A DNA stretch of 64,000 nucleotides from the human T2T-CHM13v2.0 reference genome, Homo sapiens. The stretch lies in NCBI RefSeq assembly GCF_009914755.1, contig NC_060926.1, one strand, 5' to 3'. Both the position numbers and the translations under genes were made by a program. Below, one piece after another: positions 15,497 to 30,504 of this stretch (the stretch's first letter is position 1; the number at the start of each line of letters is the position of its first letter). Under the pieces are notes generated by a model. It saw only the letters and a program-made list of their open reading frames with translations. It was not told where the DNA came from and searched no databases.

Positions 15497-18029
15497 ACTT
15501 GTTAGTGAGAGAAATTACTACTCATATCACCCTATAGGCAGAAACAGGAATTGACCACAGAATCATTAAAGATGGTATTTCTTGCAAGAATAAATGCTGA
15601 CAGAAGAGACTTTAAATGGAAAGAGAAATTACCCTCTTAAAAAAAAAAATGAGGAAAATAGGTACGGACTTCCTGAGAGTGTAATGTACCATGTACTGAT
15701 GGACACCAGAACCATTCTTGCCCTTCTATTGTGTGCCTGTCTATAGCGATCCGGAAAAGTGAGCTAAATATGCCTGGCTAGATTCGCAGGCCCTGAGATT
15801 AAATAGAACCTGGCAAGTTTCTGATTATGCTACTGTCTTCTAAACCCAAAGCCGTTGGACATATTCTTCAAAGTGCTACAAATCTACTCTCTTAACTTTG
15901 CACACATTAACAGATTTAAAAAAAATTTAATTATAGATAAGACATGCAAAATTGACGTTAATTACATCCTTAGGCTTTTCTTTCTCTTTACTTTTTTCAT
16001 ATTAGAGGGAGAAACTCACCTAGCAAAGATGTGCATTGGTGTGTACGTGGATAAGTTATCTCATGTTGATGCTCTTTTTTATGGCTGCATTGTTGGTAAA
16101 GAGGCAGAATGTTACACTTCTTACTAAGTCAAAGTAGAATGATGGCAAAATGTGAAGTTTATTATTAGAGTAATTATTAATGAACGTGCTACAAAATGGT
16201 GAAATAGAAGAGATGCGCTCAGTTTTGTTAAATGAAAAATCAGCACAGAATCATCATAGAATAGCAACAAGAAATTTAATTTTGGATATCTGCTGGAAGT
16301 CTCACTTTTATGAAAGCAGAATAACTGATGAGAATTGAAAATAAATGATAAACTTAAGTTACAGAGGTGAGAAGAGAGCCATAGGTAGGAAGAATAAAAG
16401 TGGTTGCTGCTCAATATAACAGAAGCCCTGTAAAGTGAAGCCAACTACTGTTGAACTTAATCCAAATTGTACTATCACAACCTGGGGCTTCTACTTTCTA
16501 TTCACGCATGGTTACTTCACCAATCTTTCATTGTCTCTGCTCTTGCCATCTGGTTTCAGCAACAGTTATCTCCAGAAAAAATTGTAAGTCAAGCATCTTG
16601 TCACTTTAATGAAGTTTACTAAAGACTCAGATATTACAGAAGAGGCATTGGGTCACAGGTCTCAAGGCATTCCATCATTGCTTTGGTTCTTTCCTCAGCC
16701 TTCCTGCAAAGAACCCTAAAAGTATAATCTGGTCTCCTAAAACCACTGGTGGGAGAGAAGTCTAGCCAGAGCAGTTTCATAACCCCAGCCCTCTGGGAAA
16801 ATAAGGAATACATTTTGCTCCACCTATGACATGAATTACTCACTGAGCTAAGTAGGCTAAGACATCTCCTATCTCTTTCAGCCATTTCAATTTTTGAATT
16901 AAATTGTTTTATAATTAAACCATGCTTCCACAGTCTGTTGAAAATTATTGAACCTATTACATGCGTGAAACATTTGCATGTAAAAAGCACTCAAAGTTAA
17001 CTACATGCACACTAATGAACAATGGAATATCACAGAGCTATCTAAATAGTTTCAGCCTATTTTTGATCATGTCCAAACTCAAATGTTAATAATGTATAAT
17101 ACTTTGTAATGCTTCCTCTTTATATTAGTGGTTTTCTGAAAGAAATTCTAAAAGCACAAAAAGATACATAAACATCCTTAGATAATGAAATACTAGGGCG
17201 ATTAAATATTAATGCCCTATGCATGCAATTAGCCCCATTTGCTTTAAAGTTATGTCTATGGAGGTAATGAGTGAGGATAATTTAATAAGAGGATGATAAA
17301 TTTATTTCATGTAGACATGCAATCTGAATCATGCTGGTCAAATTTCTCTATAAAATGCATTTTTTAGATAGCATTATCAAGATCATCTTTCAATATAACC
17401 CTGATTTTTAAAAATATATAATACTGTGACCACTCTCTAACAAATATTCCAGCACCTTTATAAGCATTTAAATGGTATTAAGTTTTAAAATATATTGTTA
17501 CTCGTCCAAATAAAATAAAATGCAGCCAGCTGCCAGATGCTATGGGAGTTTAGATGCTGTAGTGCTTTTATGAAGGAGCCATAAATTGCCTACAGATTGT
17601 GTCTTTGTTTTCTTTGAAAGGAGTAGATTCTAGAGACAAAATTTCCAAAGGAACTTTTGCTTGATATTTGTTCCTAAAAGAATCAAGAGCCTATAGCTTA
17701 ATGAATAAACCCCCACACAGGTTATCAATATGTAATAGTTTCTGTCCCTTTCACAGTACAACTAATCAATAAATAGCACACAGTACAATTACACTTAGGT
17801 GGAAGAGAAGAGACATAAAATAGGCCACCCACAAAATAACCTCATTCACCAGAGAAATGATATAGTTCTTTGGAAATGAGAAATGCCCTGCCTTGCAAAG
17901 AGTCTTCATGTCAAAAAATATATATTGATAGAAAAGGAAACTGGCTTTGCAGAAAATTACTAAATTAGGAAACCTGGCACCCATGACACCCACCTAGAAT
18001 CTCTAATGTGCTCCAATTTCTATAGCCTT

Positions 18030-18250
18030 TTTAAATATGATCATTGAGATACCGCCTCCTCCTCAGATCATCAATATTTCTCAACTCCCATATCCAGCAC
18101 AATCCAATAAATTGCCTTTGTCAGTATTGTATATCATTCTCACTAGAATGTAAGCACCACCAGAAGGATTTGCTTCCATTCTGCTGATGTATCATGAGCT
18201 CCAAAACAGTGCATGAACATAGTGATGCTTACAAAGTATTTATTGATAAA
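18030..18250 (+). mobile_element. L2 3' end
   Basis: cactagaatgtaagcacc...aaacagtgcatgaacatagt...aagtatttattga. Confidence 0.55.
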
Positions 18251-19135
18251 TATTCTGCATCTTCTTATTTTCTGATTAGGCATGAATTCATAGAGACTGA
18301 ATTATGCTATGTGTGTCTGAAATTCTAATTTTTGTTTACTTCCAAGGATTCTTTTTACTATTTATGTGCCTTGGATTTCCTGTTTTCAAGGATTTGATTA
18401 CCAAATGGCATATAGTAAATAACAGTGTTCTATTTGCGTATGTGTCTGCGTGTGTATAAACTGTTCATCAAAAATAAACATGAGATAAAGAATGCCACCA
18501 TATTGCATTGATGCATAATTTTAGCCCAAACAAGAAATATGGCTCAATAGACACTGTTGCATTATTTTGAGTAAATATATCAATCCTATTTATTAGACTT
18601 TCTGAACTAATGAGACTATTTCATGAACTTTACTACTTTAATGGGCCTGTGAGTTTGGGAACTATTGCATTGGTCTATGTCAGTGGATCAGAGATACTAT
18701 GTATATAAAAATTTCTGTCACAGTTTCATACATTTACAATGAAATGTCAACTTTGAACAACTGTGAATAGATGTAACTATTATTTTTCATACTGATATAG
18801 AGGGAACAGAAAAGTTATGTGCAGTATTTTTTTTTTTTTTGCCTTTGTGGAGAACAGGCCTTTCCTTGCCTATGTGGAGTTCATAAAATAGCAATAAAAA
18901 TTAGTCATAAATTGGGTCTGGTATTAATGTCAATTAGCATCCCAATGACATAATGACTGTGGTAAAACATTTAAACTTTATTGACATCAATAGCTATTAT
19001 CAAGTCAGTTTTATTGATATAATAAAGAGGGCTGGATTTCAAAAAGCCCCCAGTAATTGCTGACACTGTGTCAGGAACCCTCCAGAATACATTGGCAGAA
19101 CACAGGCATACAAAACATCAGCAGGTCAGAATATT

Positions 19136-19548
19136 GCTTCTATGGTTTATTTGTCCCCACCAAAACTCATGTTGAAATTTGATCCCCAATTGTGGTGGTG
19201 TTGGGAGATGGAGCCTGGTGGGAGGTGTTTGGGTTATAGGGTGCATCCCTCATGCATGGCTTGGTGCTGTTTTCACAGTAGTGAGTTCTCACTTTTGTGA
19301 GACTGGATTCGTTTTCGAGGCAGTGGGGTGTTATAAAGCCAGGACATCCCTCAGGTTTCCATCTCTTCCTGTACCTCCAATTCCCCTTTCACCTTCTCCA
19401 TCATATGAGCAGCATGAAAGAGCTCACCAGAAGCTGGGGACATGCCCTTGAGCTTCTCAGCCTTCAAATCATGGGCTACATATAAGCCTCTTTCCTTTAT
19501 AAATTACCTAGTCTCAGATATTCTTTTACGGCAACACAAAATGGACTG
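19136..19548 (+). mobile_element. MST-family solo LTR (MSTB-like)
   Basis: tgtccccaccaaaactcatgttgaaatttgatcccc...tttataaattacctagtctcagatattc...caacacaaaatggact. Confidence 0.85.
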
Positions 19549-20394
19549 TCTTATTTTGGTGTAATTGGTCAAAATAAATGAAAAATGTTTACTAAGCACT
19601 AACTATGAAGTCAGCATCTACTAGAAGTTAATAGAGGATAAAAAAGAAATAGACATCATGGCCCCCATCTCAAGTTGGGTATGATCTGGTTGAGGAGATG
19701 AGGAAATCAGACCTAAAGAATTTCAGAATGTCTTGCTTGCTTTTCCCCCATGGAGTCCCAGATATCCTCTTTCCAGCTGCTCACAGTTAGATCTCCTCAT
19801 GATCCTCCCTCTCTACTGCCACAGACAAAATCTGTCTCCTCCCTTTGCTGTGACTGGTCTTGCCTTCTCAGAGGCATCCTCACCACCACCAGTACAGTTA
19901 GCCTAAAACTTGGATCTAGGTCACTCTCTTCACTAAAACATTTCAATGACTCCCAGCTTTTAGTTGTTTTAACAAATTCCTTAGCACTGACATAGGCCCC
20001 TATAAGACTTAGTTGCTCTCCTATTTCTACAAAATCATTTCCTAAGATTCCTTACATTCTTCTTTATAAATTTTACAGTTTTCATTTTAATTTTGTTGTT
20101 GCTTTTTATTTAGCACTGGAATACAGATCCTACCCCCAAACCAAGCTGCCTATTTCAACTTTGCTGTCATTTATTGGAGTTCTGATTTGGGCTGCTGAGC
20201 AAGAGGTACTTGATTTAGTCACTTTTTCTGTCCCCACATAATACTGTAGTTACTACGATGCTTTCAAGTATGATGACCATACCCTTCCCAGTGGAATACA
20301 AGTTCTTTGGGGCCGGTAACTGAGCAATTTTCTGTGTACTAATAATTGTCTATATCCAAGTATAACATATTAATGGGTGGTGGCTTTTGATACC

Positions 20395-20550
20395 TTAGAA
20401 TCATAAATTCTCAGAATCACACATTTTAAGAGAATTTTTAGAAATTATTTGCTTCAACATAATTTTTTAGATAAGGAAATGAGATCCAGAAAGGTTAAAT
20501 GACTTGCCCAAGGTGATAGTTACTTACCAGCAAGTTACAGAAGTGGAGAT
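20395..20550 (-). mobile_element. MIR
   Basis: ttttagataaggaaatgagatccagaaaggttaaatgacttgcccaagg. Confidence 0.7.
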
Positions 20551-21197
20551 TGTCACCCTTTAATATTGTTCTTAGGTTATAATACAGAAAAAAATAAATT
20601 CAAGTAGAAATTTTAATTGCATAGAAATAGGTAAGTAGGTAGATAGGAGTACAGATTAACAGAACAAACAGAAATGCAATACTACTAAATAATAATTATA
20701 ATTATGGTTTTAAACAATGTATGAGCTCAAAATCAGTTATTTCTACATTAAGCTTCAGCTCAGAGTGAACACTAGATTATAGCACAATTTTATAAAATTA
20801 TAACATTATTGAACCAGGAAAAGATTAACATAAAAGATGAGTACTTCAGGTGTCACACTGTCAACTACCACTTAATTTACCAGCAGGTGCTGCCAAATGC
20901 TACTGCCAGAGTACAAAAATAAATATATAAATAAATAAATAAACTTAAAAAAATGTGACTAGTCATGTAAAGGTAAAACCTTTAGGAAAAAAACCTTGAG
21001 AGGCCTAATATGAGAAAAGTTTATCAACCAGTTATGGGCTCTAATTCCATTCCTGCCTCCAGCAGGGGGTCTTACACAGCTCCCCTCACAGTATTTATCA
21101 CATGCCAGACTTGCAAGGATCATTGAGCAAAGAACCATCAGATAATATTTCAGAGATGTGAGCATGAGCAAACTACATTAAAAAATCAGATGAGTCC

Positions 21198-21519
21198 AGC
21201 CGGGCTCAGTGACTCACGCCTGTAATCCCAGCACTTTGGGAGGGCAAGGCGGGTGGATTGCCTGAGCTCAGGGGTTCGAGACCAGCCCAGGCAACATGGT
21301 GAAACCCCGCCTCTACTAATATACAAAAAATGAGCCAGGCATGGCAGTGTGCACCTGTAGTCTCAGCTACTCAGAAGGCTGAGGCAGAATTGCTTGAACC
21401 TGGGAGGTGGAGGTTGCAGTGAGTCGAGATCACGCCACTGCATTCCAGCCTCGGTGACAGAGCGAGACTCCATCTCCAAAAAAAAAAAAAAACAAACAAA
21501 CAAAAAACCACAAAAAAAA
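21198..21519 (+). mobile_element. Alu (AluS) with mixed A/(AAAC)n tail
   Basis: Dimeric Alu; TSD-like aaaaat(c/t)agatg. Confidence 0.95.
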
Positions 21520-21789
21520 TTAGATGGCTGTCCCCTGCCATTCCCTAGCATTTAGAGACAGCCTTAGAGGGAAAGGGGTGTAGAGTTAGAGTGGCTGAGA
21601 TTTGTTTTGGTTTGTTGTTTTGTTTTCATCCTGACTGAATGACAGGGTATTGTGCAGCTCTGGGAGACACTTTTCATAACAATGTCTATATGTGGGGTTT
21701 ACCTGCTGGAGTTTTGCACTACACAGGAATTGGCAAAGGGCTCTGAGAAAGGGTGCTCAAAATAGTCATTCAACTTTAGAAAAGAAGTT

Positions 21790-22280
21790 TCCAGCAATCT
21801 CAATTCTAAGTATCCAGTGAAATTCAAATCAGAATCTCAAAGAGATATTAGCACTCCCACGGTCACTGAAGCACTATTCACAATAGCCAAGATGTAAAAA
21901 CAACCTAAATGTCCTTTGACAGATGAATAAAGAAAATGTGGTATATACATGCAATGGAATATTATTCAGCCTTAAAAACAAGGAAATACTGCAGTATGTG
22001 ATGACATGCATGAACCTTGAGGATATTATCCTAAATGAAATAAGCCAGTCATAGAAAGACAAAGGAGGTATCTAAAATATTCAAATTCAGAGAATCAAAG
22101 AGTGGCTGCTGGAGCACAGGTGGAAGGGGAATGGGGACCTACTGATCAAGAAGCGTAAAGTTTAAGTTAAGCAAGAGATCTGCTCTACGAGATTATACTT
22201 AAACAATACTATATTGTACACTTAAAATTTGTTAAGAAGGTAGATCTCAGGTTGTGCTCTTACCAGAATAAAATAATTTG
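21790..22280 (+). mobile_element. L1MA/MB 3' end
   Basis: gcactattcacaatagccaaga...gatgaataaagaaaatgtgg...cacttaaaatttgttaagaaggtagatctc. Confidence 0.8.
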
Positions 22281-23249
22281 TTTTACAAAAAAAGCTTCTA
22301 TTTCTTCGGTATGTAAACCTAAATCCCCAGCTACTACACTTCAGATTTGAAATGAATTTTGAATTGTTCTGATTAAATTATTTCATCATAAAATCACCAT
22401 GGACTCTGACCTACAGATGGGCTCCCTCACTGCTACTGAGAACTCCAAACTTCTGCCAGCTATACTGCTGCCTTCCAGACAGATACTTTGTCTGGATGAG
22501 ATCTCAGTATCAAAAGTAAATGGATACAGCTTAAGTGTCTTTCCAAGCCAAATGTTGGACTCATCACAACTAGAAGAAAATGGTTATACTAATTTCTTCC
22601 ATGAGCTCCAAGAAACTGATTTAGTCTTCTATCTTGCTGAGACTGTGTTGGTTTTCTATTGTTCAGGACACAGATATGCAAAATATCCATGTTTACCTTG
22701 GCCTCTAAAACTCCATGTCTAGTTAATTAGCAAGTGTAGTTCAGCAGTCTAGCATGGAGCACTGATGATGCATTATGCATAAATCTGCACCTACCTCCCT
22801 TTGCACTCATCCTCCCTGCGTACATGGAACAGTAGCTCACTCCTCCACTATTTCCTAATCCCAGGCTTTTGATTCTGTTACTTTAAATGAATATGAAAAA
22901 CAAATGACTTGCTATCTTTCTGTTTTTAAAGGCACTTCAAAGTCACAACTTCCACTTTATATGGAAGTTACCACATAAATCTCCTCTCCTGTTATTCATC
23001 TGAATATCTTCTTCTTTAACTTTCTGCGTGTCCTTTCCTAATCTATGCCGTGTTCAAAAGTATCCTCTACTGATAATGTACTCTTGATGGATCTGCACTA
23101 GTCTATTCCAGCCCTATATAAATCTTGTTTGAGCAATAAAAGTATTCATAAGATCCTTCCCTGAATATATTACATTGAATCTAAACTTTGACACATTTCC
23201 CCATTTTTCATCAATCGTTTCCCTCAAATTTAAAAACATTTCTATTTAA

Positions 23250-23717
<468 letters not shown>

Positions 23718-24284
23718 TAAGGCTAAATAAAATTTCTTCTAAATTTCCTATTAATTTGACCTCAAGCTTTTAATTATATGTCTTTACTTTTATTGTGTTT
23801 TAATGTTGTGTTTATCATTTAACTTCCTTAAAGCAGTATATTTATATATTCTTAATTTTATTTTTCTCATGCAAAGCACTGATAGCATTATTTTTCTGCA
23901 AGTACAGTAGCAACAATTATACGGAGATTTGTCAGCTTCATTTTATCCTTGTGTTTTTACAACTAACTTGAACTCATAGTTCTGTATTTTATAAATTAAC
24001 CAAAAATATTAAAACTCAGTTCCATAAGAGATACTCAGAAGTATTCCCTTCTAAATGGATAACAACATGAAAGTAATTCCTAGATCTTTAAGAGAAGCAG
24101 TTAAGATAACCAGCCAACTACATTCTGTGTGACATTCTATATTATTTCCTTCAACTCCTTTAGCAAAGCTACTGGTAAAGATATACATTTTAGGGCTTAC
24201 TTATGAGACGTTCATTTTTAAAGGAACAAATTACATAGCCTCTACTATTGTTAATTCACTATGCAACAGACTAATTGTTGATTA

Positions 24285-24356
24285 GAGTTGTGCAGTGTTG
24301 AAGAACAGGAGCTTTAAAGCTAATTGTGCCTGAGTCCAAATACTAGCGTGCGCATG

Positions 24357-24394
<38 letters not shown>

Positions 24395-24560
24395 TGCTGT
24401 GAAACCATGAATATATATTAGCCTCCCTAAACTTTAGTTTCCTATCTATGAAATGGAGTGATGGTAGTACCTACCTTATAAGGTTACTAATAGGATTAGA
24501 TGAAATAATTTATGTAATGGAATTAGCAAATTACATATACTAAGTAATGCATATTCATTA
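24285..24560 (+). mobile_element. MIR containing a (CT)n microsatellite (24361-24391)
   Basis: ctttagtttcctatctatgaaatggagtgatggtagtacctacc; (CT)15 directly visible. Confidence 0.7.
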
Positions 24561-25704
24561 AAAATAGTTCATATTCCTAAATGAATTTCAAAGCATCACT
24601 TATAAAATATTAAATCTATGTTGAAAATTATGAATGGAGAACTAATTTTAGGTAGATAATTTTAGCAACATTAGGGTTTCCCTCCTGAAAATTTCTGATA
24701 TTAAGGATAGTATGACGAAACCAGTATTCTGCTGCTTTTCCCTAGTTCTAATGTCAAATATGCTATTCAGTTTTATATTTTCTAGCACATTTTATTACAA
24801 ACCACCATAGCCAGAAACACTCTCACTCTCATTAATTACATATTTAGTGGTTCAGGATAAATTAGATATAACTCTAACAAAATAATATTAGTTGAATTAT
24901 GATGACATACTTTTAAAATCTAAGGCTGAACCCTGGGTGAATCACTTTATAATTTCCAGTACATTTAATTCCACATGTTTAAACGTCAGGTCTGTATAAT
25001 TGTGAACATTTTAATGACTAATATTGCTGGATAGGTTTTAAATTAATACACTAACAATGTTTTCCCTCAAGACTACTATTAAGAAATAATTGATGTTTTA
25101 GAGTCATCCATCCTCTCTATTTCAGATTTTGAAAAATGTTAATATATAACTCTATATAAAGCTTATAATATTTATATGACATGATTTTAAAGTCTCTTCT
25201 CCATTAATAAATATTATATTCAGAGTATCCTTTTGTTTCACATTTTAATTATTTGATCTTGCACACCCCTTTTGCTTTAAATTGTTATTACCCGGCTATA
25301 TAACCAACTTTACATATCAATGATTTACCACCCTTGTAAAAGTTCAAAACTCAAACTTCATAAAAAGAGGAATTTTGTTTTAGTTTACTGCTATAACTTC
25401 AGCATCTAAAATAATGCTTAATGTATACTAGGCACTCAGTGAGTGTACATTAAATAAATATTAATCCAACATTTATGAGTTCAAATACCACATCCTCTTC
25501 CAAGTGGAACCTTATCAGCAGTGATACCTAGAAATACATTTGGTATATTCAGCCCCTATGACTCAGGATTTCACAGTAAGTTTGCTACCTAAAAGACAGA
25601 AAATATAATTATTTCATTTGTTTGACAACTAAAAAACTATAGCCGATATAGTTATCTTAGAAATGCATTTGATATACAGCAGGTTTTTAAAGTATGGGTA
25701 CATT

Positions 25705-27135
25705 GAAAATTGTAAAGCCTGGCTAAAATATATTAAAGAAAACATAAATAGAGATATATCATCTCCATTGAACTGAAGAATCAATATTGTTAAAATTGAA
25801 TTTTTTTCCCAAGTTGATTTATAGATTTAATGCAATCCCTCCCACTCCTAAAAAAATCCCAGGAGACTTTTTAACAAGAAATTTATATGTTGATTCTAAT
25901 ATTTGTATGGAAATGAAAAGATCTAGAATAACTAAAATAGTTATCAAAAAATAGGACAAAATTAGGGAACTTATGCTACAGTTGCCTCTTGGTATCCATG
26001 GGAAATTGGTTCTAGGACCTCCCATGAATACCAAAATCAGTAGATGCTCAAGTACTTCTTATAAAATGGCACAGTAATTGCATATAACGTATGTACATCT
26101 TCCCATATATTTTAAATCATCTCTAGATTACTTATAATACCTAATACAATGTAAATGCTATGTAAATAGTTGTTATACTGTATTGTTTAGAAAATAATAA
26201 GAAAAAAGTCAGTACATGTTCAGTGTACACAATTTTTTTCAAGTATTTTTGATCCACATTTGGTGAATCCAAAGCTTTGGAGCCCAAAGATATGGAGAGC
26301 TGACTGTAATTGATTTCAAGGCTTAGTATGAAGCTATAATATTCAAGACAATATGGTATTGGCATAGCAATGTCCAGAGAGGAATGGAATGGAATAGAGT
26401 TCAAAAATACACTCATACACATATGATAATTGATTTTGAACAAAGGTGTAAGGTTATTCAATGGGGAAAGAATATTAACATGTAGTAATGGAAAAATTAT
26501 ATATCCACTTTGAAAAAAGTAAACCTTGATTCTTATATTCTATCTCACACAAAAAATAGCTTGATGTGCATCATAGTCCTAAAACTATAGGTTAAACTAG
26601 AAAATGTCTAGATGAAAATATGGCAGAAAATTTTTGTGATGCTGGGATAGGCTCAAATTTCCAAAGTAGGACTTAGAAAAGTACAGATTAAAAAGAAAAA
26701 CATAATAAATCAGACTTCATCCAAAAACAAAACTCAGTTAAAAAATGAAAAGCTAAAGAATAAACAAAACACACTACATATATTTGACAGATGACTTGTA
26801 TCCAAACTGCATAAAGAAATCTTACAATTTAATTGTAAGAATACAACCAACCCAACAATGAGAAGATTTGAACAAAAAGTTATTAAACTAAGATATACAG
26901 AAAGAGGCTCAACATCATCAGTCATCAGGTAAATGGAAATTAAAACCACAATGAGATACTACTGCACACTTATTAAAATAACTAAAATTAAAATTAAAGT
27001 CTGACGATACTGTGTATTGATGAGGATGTAAAGTAGGTGGAGTTATCATACACTGCTGGCAGGAATGCAAAACTGCACCGTCACTTTGGTAAAAAGTTTA
27101 ACAGTTTCTAATATTTAACAGTTTCTTAGTATCTA
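25705..27135 (+). mobile_element. Old L1M (MB/MC-like) ORF2 3' portion
   Basis: tatagatttaatgcaatccc, aaggttattcaatggggaaag, taaaaccacaatgagatactac motifs. Confidence 0.8.
25979..26306 (+). mobile_element. MER2 (TcMar-Tigger MITE), near full length
   Basis: CAGTTGCCTCTTGGTATCCATGGG...GATATGGAGAGCTGACTG inverted termini; TA duplications at 25977-78 and 26307-08. Confidence 0.92.
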
Positions 27136-27145
27136 AATAGTATAC

Positions 27146-27169
27146 ATACACACACACACACACACACAC
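27146..27169 (+). repeat. (CA)n microsatellite
   Basis: Directly visible. Confidence 0.9.
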
Positions 27170-28689
27170 TGCTTTTCACAGTGGCTGAACTAATTTACAT
27201 TTCCATCAACAGCGTATAAACATTCCCTTTTCTCTGCAGACTTGTATGTTGTTTTTTGAGTTTTTAAAAACAGCCATTCTGACTAGTGTGAGATGGTATC
27301 TCATTGTGGCTGATTCTTGTTTTGTGATGATTAGTGATGTTGAGCACGTTTTCATATGTTCATTGGCTGCCTGTGTGTCATCTTTTGAGAAGTGTCTGTT
27401 CATATCTTTTGCCCACTTTCTATGCAGTTATTTGGTTTTTAAGTGTTGAATTGTTTAAGTTCCTTATAAATTCTGCATATTAGACATTTGCTGGATGCAT
27501 AGTTTGTGAATATTTCCTCCCACTCTGTAGGTTATCTGTTTACTCTGTTGACAGATTCTTCTGCTCTGCAGAGGCTGTTTGGTTTAATTAGGTCCCACTT
27601 GTCAAACTTTGTTTTTGTTGCAATTGCTTTTGAGCACTTAGTCATAAATTCTTTCTCAAGGCTGATGTCCAGAATGGGGTTTCCTAAGCTTTCTTGTAGG
27701 ATTCTTATAGTTTGAGATCTTACATTTAAATCGAATCCAACTTAATTTTTGTATATGGTGAAAGCTAGGGGTCCAGTTTCATTTTTCTGGATATACCTAG
27801 CCGGTTATCCCAGGACTATTTAATGACTAGGGAGTTCTTTCTCCACTGCTTATTTTTGTCAGCCTTGAAGATCAGATGGCTGTAGACATGTAACTTTATT
27901 TATGGGTTCTCTATTCTGTGCTATTAGTCCATATGTCTGTTTTCTACCAGTATGATGCTGTTTTGGTTGCTCTAGCCTTACAGTATATTTTGAAATTGAA
28001 TAATGTGACGCCACTGGCTTTGTCCTTTTTGCTTAGGATTGCTTTCACTATTCACGCTGTGTTTTGGTTACATATGAATTTTTTAAGTGTTTTCTAACTT
28101 TGGAAAATGACATTAGTAGTCTGATAAAAATAGCATTAAACCTATATATTGCTTTGGGCAGTATGGCCATTTTAAAGATATTAATCCCTTCAATTCATGA
28201 GCATGAAATGTTTTTTCATTTGTTTCTCATCTGTGATTTTTTTCAGCAGTGTTTTGTAGCCATCCTTGTAGAGATCTTTCACCTCCTTGATTAGATCTAT
28301 TCCTAGGTATGTAATTCTTTTTGTGGCCATTGTACATGGGATTGTGTTCTTGATTTAGCTGTCAGCTTGAATGTTATTATTGTATAGAAATGTTACTGAT
28401 TTTTGTACACTGATTTTTGCATCCTGAAGCTTTAATGATGTCCTTTATTAGTTCCAAGAGCTTTTGGCAGTCATTAGAATTGCTAGGTATAGAATCATAT
28501 CATTAGCAAAGAGAGATAGTGTGTCATCTTCTTTTCCTATTCGGATGACTTTGCCAGGTTTGGGTATCAGGGTGATGCTGGTTTCATAGAATGAGTTAGG
28601 GAGGAGTCCTTCCTCCTTAGTATCAAATTGGTACCAATTGTACCTTATACCTCTGGTACAATTTGGCTGTGAATCCATCTGGCCCAGGG

Positions 28690-28731
<42 letters not shown>

Positions 28732-29772
28732 AACAGGTTTTGTATTGATGATTCAATTTCAGAACTTGATATTGGTCTGTTCAGGTTTTTAGTTTCTTCC
28801 TGACTCAGTCTTGGGAAGTTGTGTTTCCAGGAATATACCCATTTCCTCTAGATTTTCTCGTTTGTGTGTACAGAGGTATTCATAATAGTCTGTGAGATAT
28901 TTCTGTGGGATTAGTTGTAATGTCACTTTTATTATTTCTGATTGTGCTTATTTGGATCTTCTCTCTTTTTTCTTTGTAAATCTAGCTAGCAGTCTATCGA
29001 TCTAGCTTATCCTTCTAAAAAGAAACTTTTGGCTTCATTGATTCTTTGTATACATTTTTGGTTCTCAATTTATTCAGTTATTCTCTGATTTTATTTCTTT
29101 CTTTTCTTCTGCTAGTTTTGCGGTTAGTTTGTTTTTTTTTTAAGTTTCCTCTAGTTCCCCTAGGTGTGATGTTAGATTGTTAATTTGAGATCTTTATAAC
29201 TTTTTGAGGTAGGCATTTAATGCTATAAACTTTCCTCTTAACATTGTTTTTGCTGCATCCCAGAGATGTCTCTGTTTTGATTTCTTTGCAAATCTTTTTT
29301 TCTGTCTTAATTTCATTGTTTTCCCAAAAGTCATCCAGGAGCAAGTTGATTAATTTCCATGTGATTGTGTGGTTTGAGAGATCTTCTTTTTTATTGATTT
29401 CTATTTCTATTTCAGTATTTATTCCACAGTGAATCATTTCTATTATTCAACAGTGGTACAAGAGTATGATTAGTATTATTTCAATTTTCTAAAAGTTATT
29501 GTGACAGGCTTTATGGCTGAGCATGTGTCCACTCTTAGAGTATATTTCATGTAAAGAGGAGAAGAATATTATCTGGTTGACACATGGAGTATTCTGGAGA
29601 TGTCTATGAGGTCCAATTGGCCAAGCATCAAATTTAAGTCCAGATTATCTTTGTTAGTTTTCTGCCTCCATGACATAACGCTGTTCATGGGGTGTTAAAG
29701 TCCCTCAGTATTATTGTCTGGGTATCTATGTCTTTAGAACATCTAGAAGTATTTGTTTCGTGAATCTGGGTG
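27170..29772 (-). mobile_element. Old L1PA (PA15/16-like) ORF2 fragment with internal deletion
   Basis: ORF2 remnants MNRHFSKDD...RYHLT (27206-27403), EEGLLPNSFYE (28448-28678), NHTITWKL (29180-29437). Confidence 0.88.
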
Positions 29773-29899
29773 TAGAACGTGCAGGTTTGTTACATACGTA
29801 TATACGTGCCATGGTGGTTTGCTGTACCTATCAACCCATCATCTAGGTTTTAAGCTCCTCATGCATTAGGTATTTGTTCTAATGCTCTCCCCCTCCCCT
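29773..29899 (-). mobile_element. L1PA (PA8-like) terminal 3' UTR piece
   Basis: gtgcaggtttgttacatacgtatatacgtgccatggtggtttgctg...gcattaggtatttgttctaatgctctcc. Confidence 0.8.
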
Positions 29900-29902
29900 T
29901 AA

Positions 29903-30247
<345 letters not shown>

Positions 30248-30387
30248 TTAAATAGTGTCATTCCTTTCAAGTCCTTTTGTTACAATGTTGATGAGGGAAA
30301 AACACTGGTTTTGATATGCATCATTTCACTTAAAGTCACAGTTTTCAAGAACTTATAGATTTATAGTACATAAAGTGAGGACTTACC
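30248..30387 (+). mobile_element. MER6-like TcMar-Tigger remnant
   Basis: aatgttgatgag...ttcacttaaagtcacagttttcaagaac...aagtgaggacttac resembles the MER6 terminus. Confidence 0.6.
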
Positions 30388-30504
30388 ATACCCAGTAATA
30401 ACATTTTAAATTCAAATTCTCTCTGGCAAACCCAACATTTGAAAGTTTGAAATTGAATAATGTTTTTGTCCTGAAATTAGGTGGCATAAACAGCTTTTTA
30501 AGCT

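Noticed and set aside
16020-16123. Minus-strand candidate exon ending in a consensus AG|GTGAGT donor
   Set aside because: Weak acceptor, unrecognised peptide, no partner exons
16634-16990. 118-aa minus-strand ORF and a nearby ATTTGCAT octamer (16972-16979)
   Set aside because: No recognisable homology; one 8-mer is expected by chance in 64 kb of AT-rich DNA
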